Under the pieces are notes generated by a model, which worked only from the letters and a program-made list of their open reading frames with translations, was not told where the DNA came from and searched no databases. Shown here piece after piece: positions 30,004 to 40,329 of a stretch of DNA of 64,000 nucleotides. The stretch covers positions 122,773 to 186,772 of the forward strand of contig JAJFKO010000064.1 in assembly GCA_021773175.1 (NCBI GenBank). The letters are read 5' to 3'. The position numbers were made by a program, and so were the translations under genes. Source of the DNA: Gammaproteobacteria bacterium (GTDB lineage Bacteria; Pseudomonadota; Gammaproteobacteria; JAJFKO01). Positions within the stretch are counted from its first letter, which is position 1. Each line of letters opens with the position of its first letter.

Positions 30004-31995
30004 TTACTGTAAAGACGCGGAGAGCAGATATTTATCCATCCAGGCTAAATCTTGTCTCGCTGCATCTTGAATTAATTGTGGTTGCTTGATTGCATGGAAT
30101 GTATTTGGATAAAGTAGAAACTTGGTGTCAATTCCACGTGTTTTTAACGCGCGATAAAATTCCATTCCTTGCGAAAATGGTACACGATAATCCTGTTGAC
30201 CATATTGCAATAACAATGGCGTTTGCACGTTTTTCACAAACATAATTGGTGAGCGTGACAAATAAAGCGATGAATTGTTCCAAAAATAACCGCCCAATGA
30301 TTTAGGCAAAAAATTAGGGAGATCATTTGTGCCTGCGTAACTAATTAAATCTGAAATACCACCACCAAGCACTGCAGCTTTAAATAAATGTGTTTGTGAA
30401 ATTGCCCACATCACCATATAGCCACCATAACTCCAACCTTGAATACCAATACGATTTTTATCAGCAACTCCCATATTAATAACTTTTTGCACTCCAGTCA
30501 TCAGATCATGAAAATCACCACCACCCCAATCATTATTACTTAATTTTCTAAATTGCATGCCATACCCAGAAGATCCTCGTACATTCGGCCGAAAATATGC
30601 ATAACCTTTGTCTGAAAAAATTTGTACTGGAAATACTGAACGTCGTCCAAGATAACGTTGCACGAAAACTCCTGCTGGTCCACCATGCACTTCAACAATT
30701 AGAGGATAGCGTTTACCTTTTCGAAAATTTATTGGATATGTTAGTAACCCTTCAATTTCCAAACCGCCTTGTGATTTCCAATGAATTACTTCAGTTTTTC
30801 CAATTGGAAGTTTTGATGCGTTCTTATTCACAAAACTAATTCTCTGTGGTTTAAATGGCTGTAATGAACTGATATATGCTTCCTCTGCGCTATTACTATT
30901 TTCCATGACAAAACCAAATAAAGTAGCGTCACGATTTAAAAAAATATTAGTGATGTATTGATTTTTAGGACTAATAATTATTGCTTTATCACCATTAGCT
31001 GGCAATTGATACACTGCTGAATAAGTATGAAAACTTCCAATTGCATAAATGTCTTTATTGTTAGCAGACCAACCGATCAATGCTAGAGGCATCTGATCAT
31101 AAGTTTGTGCTAACTCACGTGCATGACCACTTTGCACAGGGATTACATAGATTCCCGTTAAACCGAAAAAAGCAATCATTTTTCCATCATGAGAATAAAT
31201 TGGATCATGCTCAACAATTTCACCTTGCGATAGATTCCTCATCTTCTTCGTATTAACATTAATTGTGGCAATATGACCATATTCAGTAATTGCATCATGA
31301 CCAAATGGTAAATGTGAAAATGCAATTTCATTATTATTGGGAGACCAATTAAATCCTCTAATAACATGGCAAATTTTTTCTTTATTAAAATTCGTTAACT
31401 TATGCGGATTACCCTTCACTTTTTTATGATCATTAAGATTGACTAACCATAAATTACTGCAATGAACGTGTAGATTTGAAAAAACAACAGGATGCGTGAT
31501 TTGAGATAAATCTGGCTCAGGATTTTCAGCAGTGAAAGCAATACTCTGAGCATCAGGGCGCCAACGAAAATCATCAATATTAGTTTGGCTACGAGTAATT
31601 TGATATGCTTTACTCGTATGTAAAGATATCACCCAAATGTTATTGATCCCATTTTTTTGCGATAAGAATGCCAGCCATTTTCCATCTGGCGACCAACGCG
31701 GATTTGTATTTAACATTCCTTGATGTGTTAACTGAAAATTCTTTTGAGTTTTTTGATTGTACAAATAAATTTGTTGATGCGTTACTAATCCTTGCGGTGA
31801 TTTTTTAAAATGTTTGACATCATACGCAACATAATTCCCATTTGGTGAAGGCGCAACACTTTCCACCAAATTAATGTTCATCATATTACTGATATTCCAA
31901 TGTTGATTATGATTTTGCGTTTGTGCGAAACTAGTAAGTGATAAAAATAAAAAAATAGAGGTTAGAGTTATTTTTCTCATTAGTAATATCCTCAT
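30004..31995 (-). CDS. Secreted S9 family (prolyl oligopeptidase-like) peptidase with beta-propeller
   Basis: Signal peptide; WSPDG repeats; VHGGP, RGSSGYG, GWSYGG, DYRVP, YPNTFH. Confidence 0.9.
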   Translation of the reverse strand: MRILLMRKITLTSIFLFLSLTSFAQTQNHNQHWNISNMMNINLVESVAPSPNGNYVAYDVKHFKKSPQGLVTHQQIYLYNQKTQKNFQLTHQGMLNTNPRWSPDGKWLAFLSQKNGINNIWVISLHTSKAYQITRSQTNIDDFRWRPDAQSIAFTAENPEPDLSQITHPVVFSNLHVHCSNLWLVNLNDHKKVKGNPHKLTNFNKEKICHVIRGFNWSPNNNEIAFSHLPFGHDAITEYGHIATINVNTKKMRNLSQGEIVEHDPIYSHDGKMIAFFGLTGIYVIPVQSGHARELAQTYDQMPLALIGWSANNKDIYAIGSFHTYSAVYQLPANGDKAIIISPKNQYITNIFLNRDATLFGFVMENSNSAEEAYISSLQPFKPQRISFVNKNASKLPIGKTEVIHWKSQGGLEIEGLLTYPINFRKGKRYPLIVEVHGGPAGVFVQRYLGRRSVFPVQIFSDKGYAYFRPNVRGSSGYGMQFRKLSNNDWGGGDFHDLMTGVQKVINMGVADKNRIGIQGWSYGGYMVMWAISQTHLFKAAVLGGGISDLISYAGTNDLPNFLPKSLGGYFWNNSSLYLSRSPIMFVKNVQTPLLLQYGQQDYRVPFSQGMEFYRALKTRGIDTKFLLYPNTFHAIKQPQLIQDAARQDLAWMDKYLLSASLQ

Positions 31996-32016
31996 TAAAG
32001 AGATATAAGCTAGTAA

Positions 32017-32073
32017 GCGCCAATATCACATCCATTTATTGAACGATTAATTGGCACGATTCGGCGGGAATAT
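32017..32073 (+). pseudogene. Fragment of an integrase-core (rve-type) transposase
   Basis: Translates as APISHPFIERLIGTIRREY, a conserved motif of DDE integrase-core transposases; flanked by an upstream stop and unrelated downstream sequence. Confidence 0.65.
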
Positions 32074-32209
32074 TGGCACCGTTCATTCCTGCCTGACAGA
32101 TCCGACCTTAATTCACACCGATATTCCTTTAGTTAAACGGTGGTTTTCAAACCGTTTTGATGAACTCTCTAACTCATTACTTATGCATTTTAAACAAGGA
32201 GGAAAGTTA

Positions 32210-32448
32210 GTGAATTTAGTTGTAACAAAACAGCATCCAGCTTCTAAATTAGATGGGTGAGCTAGAAAAGAATTAGCGCTGCAATCACTCAACAAAAAAC
32301 AAACGGTTGTAGAGCTAGCAAAAATAAGTAATATTAGTCGACAACTTATTCACGAATAAAAAAATCACTCACTGCTGCCAATGAAGAGTTTACTCAAACG
32401 CCTAGAGAAAATAAAGTTCTATTTCATGCTCGGGTTACAAAAAATTAT
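32210..32448 (+). pseudogene. Degraded 5' end of a transposase-like gene (HTH region)
   Basis: RBS AAGGAGG and GTG start; reads HPASKLDG*ARKELALQSL...VVELAKISNISRQLIHE*, then after a frameshift EEF...NKVLFHARVTK. Confidence 0.5.
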
Positions 32449-32524
32449 TTTGCGACATTGTGTAAATGTCACTCGCTATCATTTCTCATAATGTTTTAAG
32501 CTTACAGTATGGTGAGTTTTAAAA

Positions 32525-33646
32525 GTGATTAGTATGTGGCAAGCAATTACCTTAGAACAATACTTAGCGTTAAGTAAGATTTCAGGTTTAGGTTTTCAAA
32601 AGTTGCAAGTTTTAATGCAGCACGGTATCAGTGTGGATACTTTATTTAGCTTATCTACTATGGATTTACAGGCATTAAAATTAACGACGTCACTAATACA
32701 ACAAATCCAACAATTTTCTTGGCAGCAGATAGAGCCAGATTTGCAATGGTTACAACAACAGTCTAATCGTCATATTATTACTTTTTCGAGTGTCACTTAT
32801 CCTGCTCTATTAAAAGAAATTGCTTCACCACCCTTGCTCCTTTATATCATAGGCGACGATGAATGCTTAACAACAACGCAATTAGCTATCGTTGGCAGTC
32901 GTAAAGCAAGCCCCATTGGCTTAGAAAATGCGTATCACTTTGCGCAAACATTTGCTGCAGCAGGAATAGTTATTACCAGTGGTATGGCATTGGGGATTGA
33001 TGCGGCAAGCCATCGTGGTGCTTTAAGTGTTAATGGTAAAACAATTGCGGTGCTCGGCGCAGGGTTTAATCATATTTACCCGAAACAACATAAACGGTTA
33101 GCCCAAGAGATTATAGACACGGGTGCGTTAGTTTCAGAATTTTCTCCTGATATGCCACCACTCGCTGAAAATTTTCCAAGGCGCAATCGTATTATTAGTG
33201 GTTTGAGTGTTGGCACGTTAATCGTTGAAGCGAATCAACGCAGTGGTTCCTTAATTACGGCGCGTTTGGCTGCGGAGCAGGGGCGTGAAGTTTTTGCCTT
33301 GCCTGGGTCGATTCACAATCCATTGGCGAAAGGCTGCCATGAACTAATAAAGCAGGGAGCAAAACTCGTAGAAACCAGCCAAGACATCCTGGAAGAGGTC
33401 GAATCACTAGTAAATTTCAATGTTTTGTCTAAAAAGCAACCCACTTGTGCAAAAAATATTGATCTTGACGAAGAATCTGGCACACTCCTTTCCTGTGTCG
33501 ACACAAATATAACAACAATTGACCAAATAGTGCGACGTAGTGCATTACATATAGAAGTAGTGGCAGCGAAACTTACGCAAATGGAGTTGCAGGGTTTAGT
33601 TAAATCTGTAGCTGGTGGTTATGTTGCCACTATGCTTAAACGTTAG
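32525..33646 (+). CDS. dprA: DNA-processing protein DprA/Smf
   Basis: AIVGSRKAS, ITSGMALGIDAASH, FPRRNRIISGLS, SGSLITA, GREVFALPG. Confidence 0.95.
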   Translation: MISMWQAITLEQYLALSKISGLGFQKLQVLMQHGISVDTLFSLSTMDLQALKLTTSLIQQIQQFSWQQIEPDLQWLQQQSNRHIITFSSVTYPALLKEIASPPLLLYIIGDDECLTTTQLAIVGSRKASPIGLENAYHFAQTFAAAGIVITSGMALGIDAASHRGALSVNGKTIAVLGAGFNHIYPKQHKRLAQEIIDTGALVSEFSPDMPPLAENFPRRNRIISGLSVGTLIVEANQRSGSLITARLAAEQGREVFALPGSIHNPLAKGCHELIKQGAKLVETSQDILEEVESLVNFNVLSKKQPTCAKNIDLDEESGTLLSCVDTNITTIDQIVRRSALHIEVVAAKLTQMELQGLVKSVAGGYVATMLKR

Positions 33647-33656
33647 GATTGCTACA

Positions 33657-35939
33657 TTGACAAATAATCTAGTAATAGTTGAATCGCCAGCCAAAGCGAA
33701 AACTATCAAGAAATATCTTGGCAAAGGTTTTGATGTATTAGCTTCATTTGGTCACGTTCGTGATCTTATTCCACGTAATGGTGCAGTTGATACCAATGAT
33801 GATTTTGCTATGAAATATGAGCTAATCAGTAAAAACTCAAAGCATGTTGATGCAATTCTCAAGGCGATGAAAAAAGCTGATAATCTCTATCTGGCGACTG
33901 ATCCTGACCGTGAGGGTGAGGCTATTTCTTGGCATGTTAAAGAAATTTTAGAAGAGCGTAAGGTATTAAAAGAGAAAGGCGTATATCGTATTGTCTTCAA
34001 TGAAATAACAAAGACAGCAATTCAAGCTGCTGTTGAGAGTCCACGTGATATCGCGATGGATTTAGTTGATGCGCAACAAGCACGTCGTGCATTAGACTAT
34101 TTAGTCGGTTTTAATCTTTCACCGTTACTCTGGAAAAAGATTCGTAAGGGTTTGTCGGCTGGACGCGTACAAAGTCCCGCATTACGATTAATCGTTGAGC
34201 GTGAATTAGAAATTGAAAAGTTTATTGCTCAAGAGTATTGGACGGTTCGCGCGGATTTATTGGATAAGAAGCAACAATTCTTTGCGAAGTTAACAGAATT
34301 CAATCACGAGAAGATTAAGCAGTTTAGTATCACGGATGGTGAACGTGCAGCAGAAGTTAAACAAGGATTATTAGCCGCTGCTGATGGTCATTTGTTAGTT
34401 GATAAAGTTGAGAAAAAGCAACGTAAGCGTAATCCAACAGCACCATTTATTACGTCGACCCTACAACAAGAGGCGGCACGTAAATTAGGGTTTACTGCAC
34501 AACGTACTATGCGAATTGCTCAACAACTGTATGAAGGGATTGATATTGGTGATGGCGCGATTGGTTTGATCACTTATATGCGTACTGACTCTGTTCATCT
34601 TGCTGATGAAGCGGTAAATGAAATTCGTGATTTCATCAAAACACAATATGGTGCTAAGGATGTTCCTAGCACCCCACGTAAATATCAAACTAAAACTAAA
34701 AATGCTCAAGAGGCTCATGAAGCTATTCGACCAACATCGGTGAATCATCGTCCTAGTGAAATCAAAAAAGCATTGTCGATTGAACAAGCTAAATTATATG
34801 AATTGATTTGGAAGCGAACTGTTGCAAGTCAAATGATTCATGCCACGATTGATACAGTAGCCATTGACTTTGCTTGTGGTGAGCATCGCTTACGTGCAAA
34901 TGGTTCATCTATTGCAAATCCTGGTTTTATGAAAGTCTACATGGAAGATGTCGATGATAAATCCACAAAAGAAGACGATGAAAAGTTTTTGCCGGCTCTT
35001 GAAGTGGGGCAAAAAATTGCATTAACAGATATCTTGGCAGAACAGCATTTTACTGAACCGCCGCCACGTTATAGTGAAGCAAGTTTAATTAAGTCTTTAG
35101 AAGAATTTGGTATTGGTCGACCTTCTACGTATGCAGCGATTATCAGTACATTAGTTAATCGTGAATATGTTGTGTTAGATAAAAAACGCTTCATGCCAAC
35201 GGATGTTGGCCGTGTTGTACATCGTTTTTTGAAAAAATACTTTACACAGTATGTTGATTTTGATTTTACTGCACATCTAGAAGATAAGTTAGATGAAATA
35301 GCGCGTGGTGAGCGTGGCTGGATTCCATTATTAGACGAGTTTTGGCAACCCTTTAAATCACAAGTAACTGAAATAGAGAAAACGGTTAAACGTAGTGATG
35401 TTGTTGAAGAACGCATCGATGAAAAGTGTCCTAAGTGTAGTGAACCATTAGCGATACGTTTAGGGCGTACCGGATTTTTTATTGGCTGTACGGCTTATCC
35501 TGATTGTAACTATACGCGTAATGTTGATGGTAGTAGTGATGATAGTAATGCACCAGAGATTGTACCTGATCGAGCTTGTCCACAATGTGGCGCCGAGCTT
35601 TTCATTAAAACTGGACGCTATGGTAAGTTTATTGGTTGCAGTAAATATCCAGATTGTAATTTTATTGAATCGTTAAACAAACCTGAGGATACCGGCGTTG
35701 AATGTCCGGAATGTCATAAAGGTAGTTTGTTAAAACGCCAATCACGTCGTGGCAAAGTTTTTTATTCTTGTTCTACTTATCCAACTTGTTCTTATGCAAT
35801 TTGGAATGAGCCGCTGGATCAACCATGTCCAACGTGCAAGTGGCCAATTTTAAGCATTAAAGAAACTAAACGCCAAGGTAAGATGAAGATGTGTCCACAA
35901 AAAGAGTGTGATTATTCGATTGCGATTGAAGGCGAGTAA
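33657..35939 (+). CDS. topA: DNA topoisomerase I with C-terminal zinc ribbons
   Basis: TTG start, then LVIVESPAKAKTI; ATDPDREGE, SAGRVQS, catalytic ITYMRTDS, GIGRPSTY; Cys4 repeats. Confidence 0.97.
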   Translation: MTNNLVIVESPAKAKTIKKYLGKGFDVLASFGHVRDLIPRNGAVDTNDDFAMKYELISKNSKHVDAILKAMKKADNLYLATDPDREGEAISWHVKEILEERKVLKEKGVYRIVFNEITKTAIQAAVESPRDIAMDLVDAQQARRALDYLVGFNLSPLLWKKIRKGLSAGRVQSPALRLIVERELEIEKFIAQEYWTVRADLLDKKQQFFAKLTEFNHEKIKQFSITDGERAAEVKQGLLAAADGHLLVDKVEKKQRKRNPTAPFITSTLQQEAARKLGFTAQRTMRIAQQLYEGIDIGDGAIGLITYMRTDSVHLADEAVNEIRDFIKTQYGAKDVPSTPRKYQTKTKNAQEAHEAIRPTSVNHRPSEIKKALSIEQAKLYELIWKRTVASQMIHATIDTVAIDFACGEHRLRANGSSIANPGFMKVYMEDVDDKSTKEDDEKFLPALEVGQKIALTDILAEQHFTEPPPRYSEASLIKSLEEFGIGRPSTYAAIISTLVNREYVVLDKKRFMPTDVGRVVHRFLKKYFTQYVDFDFTAHLEDKLDEIARGERGWIPLLDEFWQPFKSQVTEIEKTVKRSDVVEERIDEKCPKCSEPLAIRLGRTGFFIGCTAYPDCNYTRNVDGSSDDSNAPEIVPDRACPQCGAELFIKTGRYGKFIGCSKYPDCNFIESLNKPEDTGVECPECHKGSLLKRQSRRGKVFYSCSTYPTCSYAIWNEPLDQPCPTCKWPILSIKETKRQGKMKMCPQKECDYSIAIEGE

Positions 35940-35955
35940 TCTGAGAGCTATTTTT

Positions 35956-36004
35956 CAGGACTTACGGTAAATGGCCAAGGTCGAGGCAATTATCGTAAGT
36001 TCTG
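35956..36004. repeat. 49-bp family A element
   Basis: CAGGACTTACG-GTAAATGGCCAAGGTCGAGGCAATTAT-CGTAAGTTCTG; the first 30 bp nearly match the reverse complement of 4649-4676. Confidence 0.75.
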
Positions 36005-36140
36005 TTTTAGTTAAATGGAAAAGCATTTGACACAAATTTTACCTTCCTATACTCTTGCCAACAGCTTCATTCAGAAGTTTTTTTATTGGTTGTTTTAAAA
36101 ATATCAGAATTTACGAAAGCTTTTAATAATGAAAAGCAAT

Positions 36141-36175
36141 CAGGACTTACAATAATGGGTCTTGCGTAGGTTTTG
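36141..36175. repeat. Degenerate family A element
   Basis: CAGGACTTAC...GTAGGTTTTG; pairs fully if G.U/G.T is allowed. Confidence 0.5.
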
Positions 36176-36193
36176 TTCGCGGAGAGAGAACAC

Positions 36194-36913
36194 ATGTTTA
36201 AAAAGAATGTAATCAAACTTGGTTTGAGTGCTGTTTTATTAGTTGGTTGTGTTGGCAGTGCATATGCTGGAGCTTATCAACCTTATTATTATCAACCTGA
36301 AGCGGCATTTCATCATTGGTATTTTGGCTTGCAAGCGGGTTATTTTTGGCAAAGTGTAAAAAGTAAAACAAATGTACAAACGGATAATGAGTTGGGCGTG
36401 CAGACGACTACCACAACGAAAGGTAGCTTAAGCCGAAGTACTGGTGGCGCTGGACGTTTAAGTTTAGGTTATCTGTTTAACCCTAACTTTGGTATGGAGT
36501 TTGGTTTTTCAGGTTACTCTAGTACAGAGTTTACAATTAAGAGTACCGCAGTTAGTACTTTTATGGGGCAAACTTTTACTGCTTCAGCGAAAGCTTGTGG
36601 CAACATACATGTTTATATTGCAGATTTGTTATTAACTGCAACGTTACCTATTAGTAGTAGCGCTTATTTATTCACAAATGCTGGTGCGGCTTATGTTTAT
36701 ATGAAACAAACTGTTTCTTTTGATGGCTCCAGTGGCTCGCAATCTGTTGAGCGAGTTGCTCCTGAAGTTGGTGTTGGTGTCGGTTTCCATGCTTCACAAA
36801 ATGCCGACATAACGTTAAGTTATCAGCAAATTTTTGGTCGAGGCAATATCTCTAATAGTTTTACCCCATATATTGGTACAGCCTATATTGGTGCTCGTTA
36901 CAACTTTGCTTAA
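36194..36913 (+). CDS. Outer-membrane beta-barrel protein (OmpA-like membrane domain)
   Basis: Signal peptide ending AYA; WYFGLQAGY, GRLSLGYLFNPNFGMEFGF, PEVGVGVGF; C-terminal GARYNFA. Confidence 0.8.
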   Translation: MFKKNVIKLGLSAVLLVGCVGSAYAGAYQPYYYQPEAAFHHWYFGLQAGYFWQSVKSKTNVQTDNELGVQTTTTTKGSLSRSTGGAGRLSLGYLFNPNFGMEFGFSGYSSTEFTIKSTAVSTFMGQTFTASAKACGNIHVYIADLLLTATLPISSSAYLFTNAGAAYVYMKQTVSFDGSSGSQSVERVAPEVGVGVGFHASQNADITLSYQQIFGRGNISNSFTPYIGTAYIGARYNFA

Positions 36914-36936
36914 TTGCAAAATGTTTAAAACTAAGT

Positions 36937-36975
36937 AACCTCAGCTATATATAATTTTATATGGCTGGGGTTTGT
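36937..36975 (+). terminator. Probable terminator after the OMP gene
   Basis: AACCTCAGCTATAT / ATATGGCTGGGGTT, a 14-bp stem with G.U pairs, followed by TGTT. Confidence 0.55.
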
Positions 36976-36976
36976 T

Positions 36977-36992
36977 CTCGTCGCACTTCGAA
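36977..36992. repeat. Partial family B element
   Basis: CTCG-TCGCACTTCGAA matches 24187-24203. Confidence 0.4.
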
Positions 36993-37012
36993 TCACAAGC
37001 GGTACATTTTTT

Positions 37013-37753
37013 ATGGCAATAAAACAATTCAATATCATTCTCGACTGGTCGCAAATGATCACTTCACGAGTTTGTCATTTAGCTTTTCAACTTGAAGCCG
37101 CTGAGCTACCGGCGTTTATTCCTGGGCAGTTTATTACGTTGTTGATCCCTCAAGATGATAAAATTTTACGACGTAGTTTTAGTATTGCTACTGTGCAAGG
37201 CAAAAGCCAACATTTAGAAATTGCGGCAGGGCACATGGAAAATGGGGTTGCCACGAACTTATTATTTAATTTACAGCCGGGTGAAAGTGTCACCGCGAGT
37301 GGACCATTTGGCAGATTAATTTTACGAGATGAAGATGTTAAGCGTTATATTTTAGTGGCAACAGGAACCGGTGTAACACCGTATCGTGCAATGCTGCCGC
37401 AAATTGCAGAACGTTTACAGCAGAATCCACATTTAGAAATTGTATTGATGTTAGGTGTGCGTAAACGTGATGAGCTTTTATATCCAGAAGAATTTTTACA
37501 ATTTGCTGCAGAACATGAGCGCTTTACTTTTCAGAGCTTTTATAGCCGTGAGCAGCCTACTGATCAAAAAGAATATGAATATGCAGGCCATGTGCAAGTT
37601 GGGTTTACCAATTTAAATTTAAATGCAGAACACGATATTGTTTATCTCTGTGGTAATCCCGATATGATTGATCATTCTTTTGAGTTACTAAAAGAGCAAG
37701 GTTTTGATGCGCATAACGTGCGTCGTGAGAAGTATATTTCTTCAGGACATTAA
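37013..37753 (+). CDS. Ferredoxin--NADP+ reductase-like FAD/NAD(P) oxidoreductase
   Basis: FIPGQF, RSFSIA, GPFG, VATGTGVTPY, YLCGNPDM. Confidence 0.88.
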   Translation: MAIKQFNIILDWSQMITSRVCHLAFQLEAAELPAFIPGQFITLLIPQDDKILRRSFSIATVQGKSQHLEIAAGHMENGVATNLLFNLQPGESVTASGPFGRLILRDEDVKRYILVATGTGVTPYRAMLPQIAERLQQNPHLEIVLMLGVRKRDELLYPEEFLQFAAEHERFTFQSFYSREQPTDQKEYEYAGHVQVGFTNLNLNAEHDIVYLCGNPDMIDHSFELLKEQGFDAHNVRREKYISSGH

Positions 37754-37773
37754 AGTTATAGTCAATTAAATTA

Positions 37774-37792
37774 GTGCTTAGCGTAAGTCCTA
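37774..37792. repeat. Family A terminal half-element between convergent genes
   Basis: GTGCTTAGCGTAAGTCCTA is the exact 19-bp reverse complement of 4589-4607. Confidence 0.7.
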
Positions 37793-37793
37793 A

Positions 37794-38126
37794 CTACTTC
37801 CAGTCTTTTTCTAAATATTGCAATTTATCTGGAACATTTTCCCATTGCTGAGCATCGGCAGGCGGTGTTTTTTTGCTGTTAATATTTGGCCATTTTCGTG
37901 AAAGTTCATCATTTAAATCTAAGAACTCTTTTAATTCATTCGGTAAATCTTCTTCACAAAATATGGCATCAACTGGACACTCTAGGACACAGAGGTCACA
38001 ATCTATGCACTCATCTGGATTAATGGCTAAAAAATTTGGACCTTCATAGAAGCAATCAACTGGACAAACTTCTACACAATCCATATATTTGCATTTAATG
38101 CAGCTTTCAGTAACAACATATGCCAT
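37794..38126 (-). CDS. fdxA: 7Fe ferredoxin (FdxA type)
   Basis: [34 protein letters not shown]. Confidence 0.93.
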   Translation of the reverse strand: MAYVVTESCIKCKYMDCVEVCPVDCFYEGPNFLAINPDECIDCDLCVLECPVDAIFCEEDLPNELKEFLDLNDELSRKWPNINSKKTPPADAQQWENVPDKLQYLEKDWK

Positions 38127-38319
38127 GATTTACTCCCTAAACTTTCAATGTTCTATTATGCTAATTATAGTCATCTTCATCTGCGAATTTTCGTAAAAAA
38201 GCATTGACATCAGAACAAGGTAATTGCACAATAGCACGCCATAATATTTCGAAATCTCTATATGTCTAAATATAAGATTTTAAAGGGATTTTCTAGATAT
38301 TTTGCAGCTACCAGTTAAT

Positions 38320-38394
38320 TGGGGTGTCGCCAAGTGGTAAGGCACAGGGTTTTGATCTCTGCATTCCTAGGTTCGAATCCTAGCACCCCAGCCA
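38320..38394 (+). tRNA. tRNA-Gln (anticodon TTG)
   Basis: Cloverleaf TGGGGTG...CACCCCAGCCA; D loop AAGTGGTAAG; anticodon arm CAGGG-TTTTGAT-CTCTG; T loop GGTTCGAATCC; encoded CCA; upstream of prs. Confidence 0.97.
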
Positions 38395-38449
38395 TATTTT
38401 TGTTTAGAATTATTAGCGTTTAATTATCAATACTGAAAGGAAGCCGAGC

Positions 38450-39394
38450 GTGTCTGATTTTATGATTTTTACTGGTAATGCCAATCCTGAATTAGGTCAA
38501 AAAATTGCAGATCACCTTGATGTTCCTCTTGGTAAAGCTAATGTTGGTACCTTTAGTGATGGCGAGACAATGGTTGAGCTATTACAAAATGTTCGTGGTC
38601 ACGATGTTTTTGTTGTCCAGCCAACCTGTATGCCAGCTAATGATAACTTGATGGAGCTAATGGCTTTAGCGGATGCGCTACGTCGAGCATCAGCAACAAA
38701 TCTCACCGCAGTTATTCCTTATTTTGGTTATGCACGACAAGACCGACGTGTGCGTTCAGCTCGAGTGCCAATTACAGCAAAAGTTGTCGCAGACATGTTA
38801 GCGTCAGTGGGCTTCACTCGATTATTAACAGTAGATTTACACGCCGATCAAATTCAAGGCTTTTTCTATATGCCGGTTGATAATGTTTATTCATCACCTG
38901 CTGTGTTAGATGATTTGCGTCTTCAGAATTTTCCTGATCCGATGATTGTTTCACCAGATGTTGGTGGTGTGCAACGTGCTCGAGCCATTGCAAAACGTTT
39001 AAACGATAGTGACTTAGCGATTATCGATAAACGTCGGCCAAGAGCCAATGAAAGCAAAGTAATGAATATTATCGGGGGTGTTGAAGGCCGTAACTGCATC
39101 CTTGTCGATGATATTGTTGATACGGCTGGCACTTTGTGTGCGGCGGCAAAAGCATTAAAAGAACATGGCGCAGCAACAGTTACTGCGTATTGTACTCATC
39201 CAGTCTTATCAGGTAATGCTATAACCAATATCATGAGTTCAGTATTAGATGAACTTGTGGTCACCAATACAATTCCATTACAAGAAGATGCTGCGAATTG
39301 TCCTAAAGTGAGGCAGTTAGATTTAAGCAGCATGCTAGCAGAAACAATCTATCGTGTTAGCGAACAAGAATCTGTAAGTAAGTTGTTTGATTAA
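38450..39394 (+). CDS. prs: Ribose-phosphate pyrophosphokinase
   Basis: [47 protein letters not shown]. Confidence 0.97.
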   Translation: MSDFMIFTGNANPELGQKIADHLDVPLGKANVGTFSDGETMVELLQNVRGHDVFVVQPTCMPANDNLMELMALADALRRASATNLTAVIPYFGYARQDRRVRSARVPITAKVVADMLASVGFTRLLTVDLHADQIQGFFYMPVDNVYSSPAVLDDLRLQNFPDPMIVSPDVGGVQRARAIAKRLNDSDLAIIDKRRPRANESKVMNIIGGVEGRNCILVDDIVDTAGTLCAAAKALKEHGAATVTAYCTHPVLSGNAITNIMSSVLDELVVTNTIPLQEDAANCPKVRQLDLSSMLAETIYRVSEQESVSKLFD

Positions 39395-39467
39395 TACTGG
39401 TTTCTGTAGGTTTCTTATGTTCTTTTAAAGAAACCATGAGTAGGTCAGGGCTTATTCCTTAGAATCT

Positions 39468-39917
39468 CTATAGGTTAGGGCCTATCATCCAAGCCAATAA
39501 CCATCTACCTTCATATTTTTCTAAGCAAAGAACGGTTGCGGTATTCATTAGAAAGAAATCATCATCTTCACGATTCAATAATAACAAACTAGCTAAACGC
39601 CCCATGAAAGGTAGATGTCCAACGAGCATTAGATCTTGCTCGCATTGATTACAGATTTTGGCAATGCCAATAGGTGGATCATTAGGGTTCAAACCATCTT
39701 TTTGGCAAATTGCTTCAGGGCTTGCAATAGCATGTGCTAATATTTCTGCGGTCTGTTGAGCGCGCTGACGACCACTATGAATAATTTTATCTACACTGAG
39801 TTCAGCTTGGAGAAAGAAGTCAGCAATCGTTTCAACTTCAGTACAACCACGTGAACTTAGTTTGGGATCAGGAGTATCTCCTGCTGCTTGGCCGTGTCTG
39901 ACAAGATATAGACGCAT
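39468..39917 (-). CDS. sixA: Phosphohistidine phosphatase SixA family
   Basis: LYLVRHGQA, HSGRQRAQQTA, LVGHLP. Confidence 0.88.
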   Translation of the reverse strand: MRLYLVRHGQAAGDTPDPKLSSRGCTEVETIADFFLQAELSVDKIIHSGRQRAQQTAEILAHAIASPEAICQKDGLNPNDPPIGIAKICNQCEQDLMLVGHLPFMGRLASLLLLNREDDDFFLMNTATVLCLEKYEGRWLLAWMIGPNL

Positions 39918-39966
39918 AATATTATTCCTTCTGCAAACTAACAATTACATTATAGTGTAAAGCCGC

Positions 39967-40329
39967 TTATTCACTAGCGTCGCTGTTTTGACGATAAAAA
40001 TGTACGTTAAGCTTTTCAAGTGTCATTAAGCCTTCAGTAATACTCGTCGAAATATATCGAGCAAACTCTTCAATTTTGTCTTTGTTATCAATAATCTCAA
40101 TGATTAAAGGTAGATTTTCAGCAAGTCGTAAAACTTTACTGGTATGAATTTCTTTACTTGCGCCAAACCCTGCTAAGGCGCGAATAACCGTGGCGCCAGC
40201 TAAGTCTTTTTGCTGGGCTTCACGAATAATCCATTCATATAAAGGCATGTCCTGATAATGATCATCCTCGGCAATATAGACCTTTAATTGATAAGCATCG
40301 GTTAATTGTTTCATAATATTTACATCCAT
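39967..40329 (-). CDS. DUF190 PII-like protein, CrcB-associated
   Basis: YIAEDD, LAGATVIRALAGFG, LPLIIEIID; start overlaps the crcB stop. Confidence 0.85.
   Translation of the reverse strand: MDVNIMKQLTDAYQLKVYIAEDDHYQDMPLYEWIIREAQQKDLAGATVIRALAGFGASKEIHTSKVLRLAENLPLIIEIIDNKDKIEEFARYISTSITEGLMTLEKLNVHFYRQNSDASE

Noticed and set aside
32051-32295. Short ORFs 32051-32260 (+) and 32113-32295 (-)
   Set aside because: No motifs; they straddle transposase remnants that read in other frames
38320-38394. tRNA-Gln as an island integration site
   Set aside because: No duplicated 3' end or integrase nearby; it is in its normal position upstream of prs
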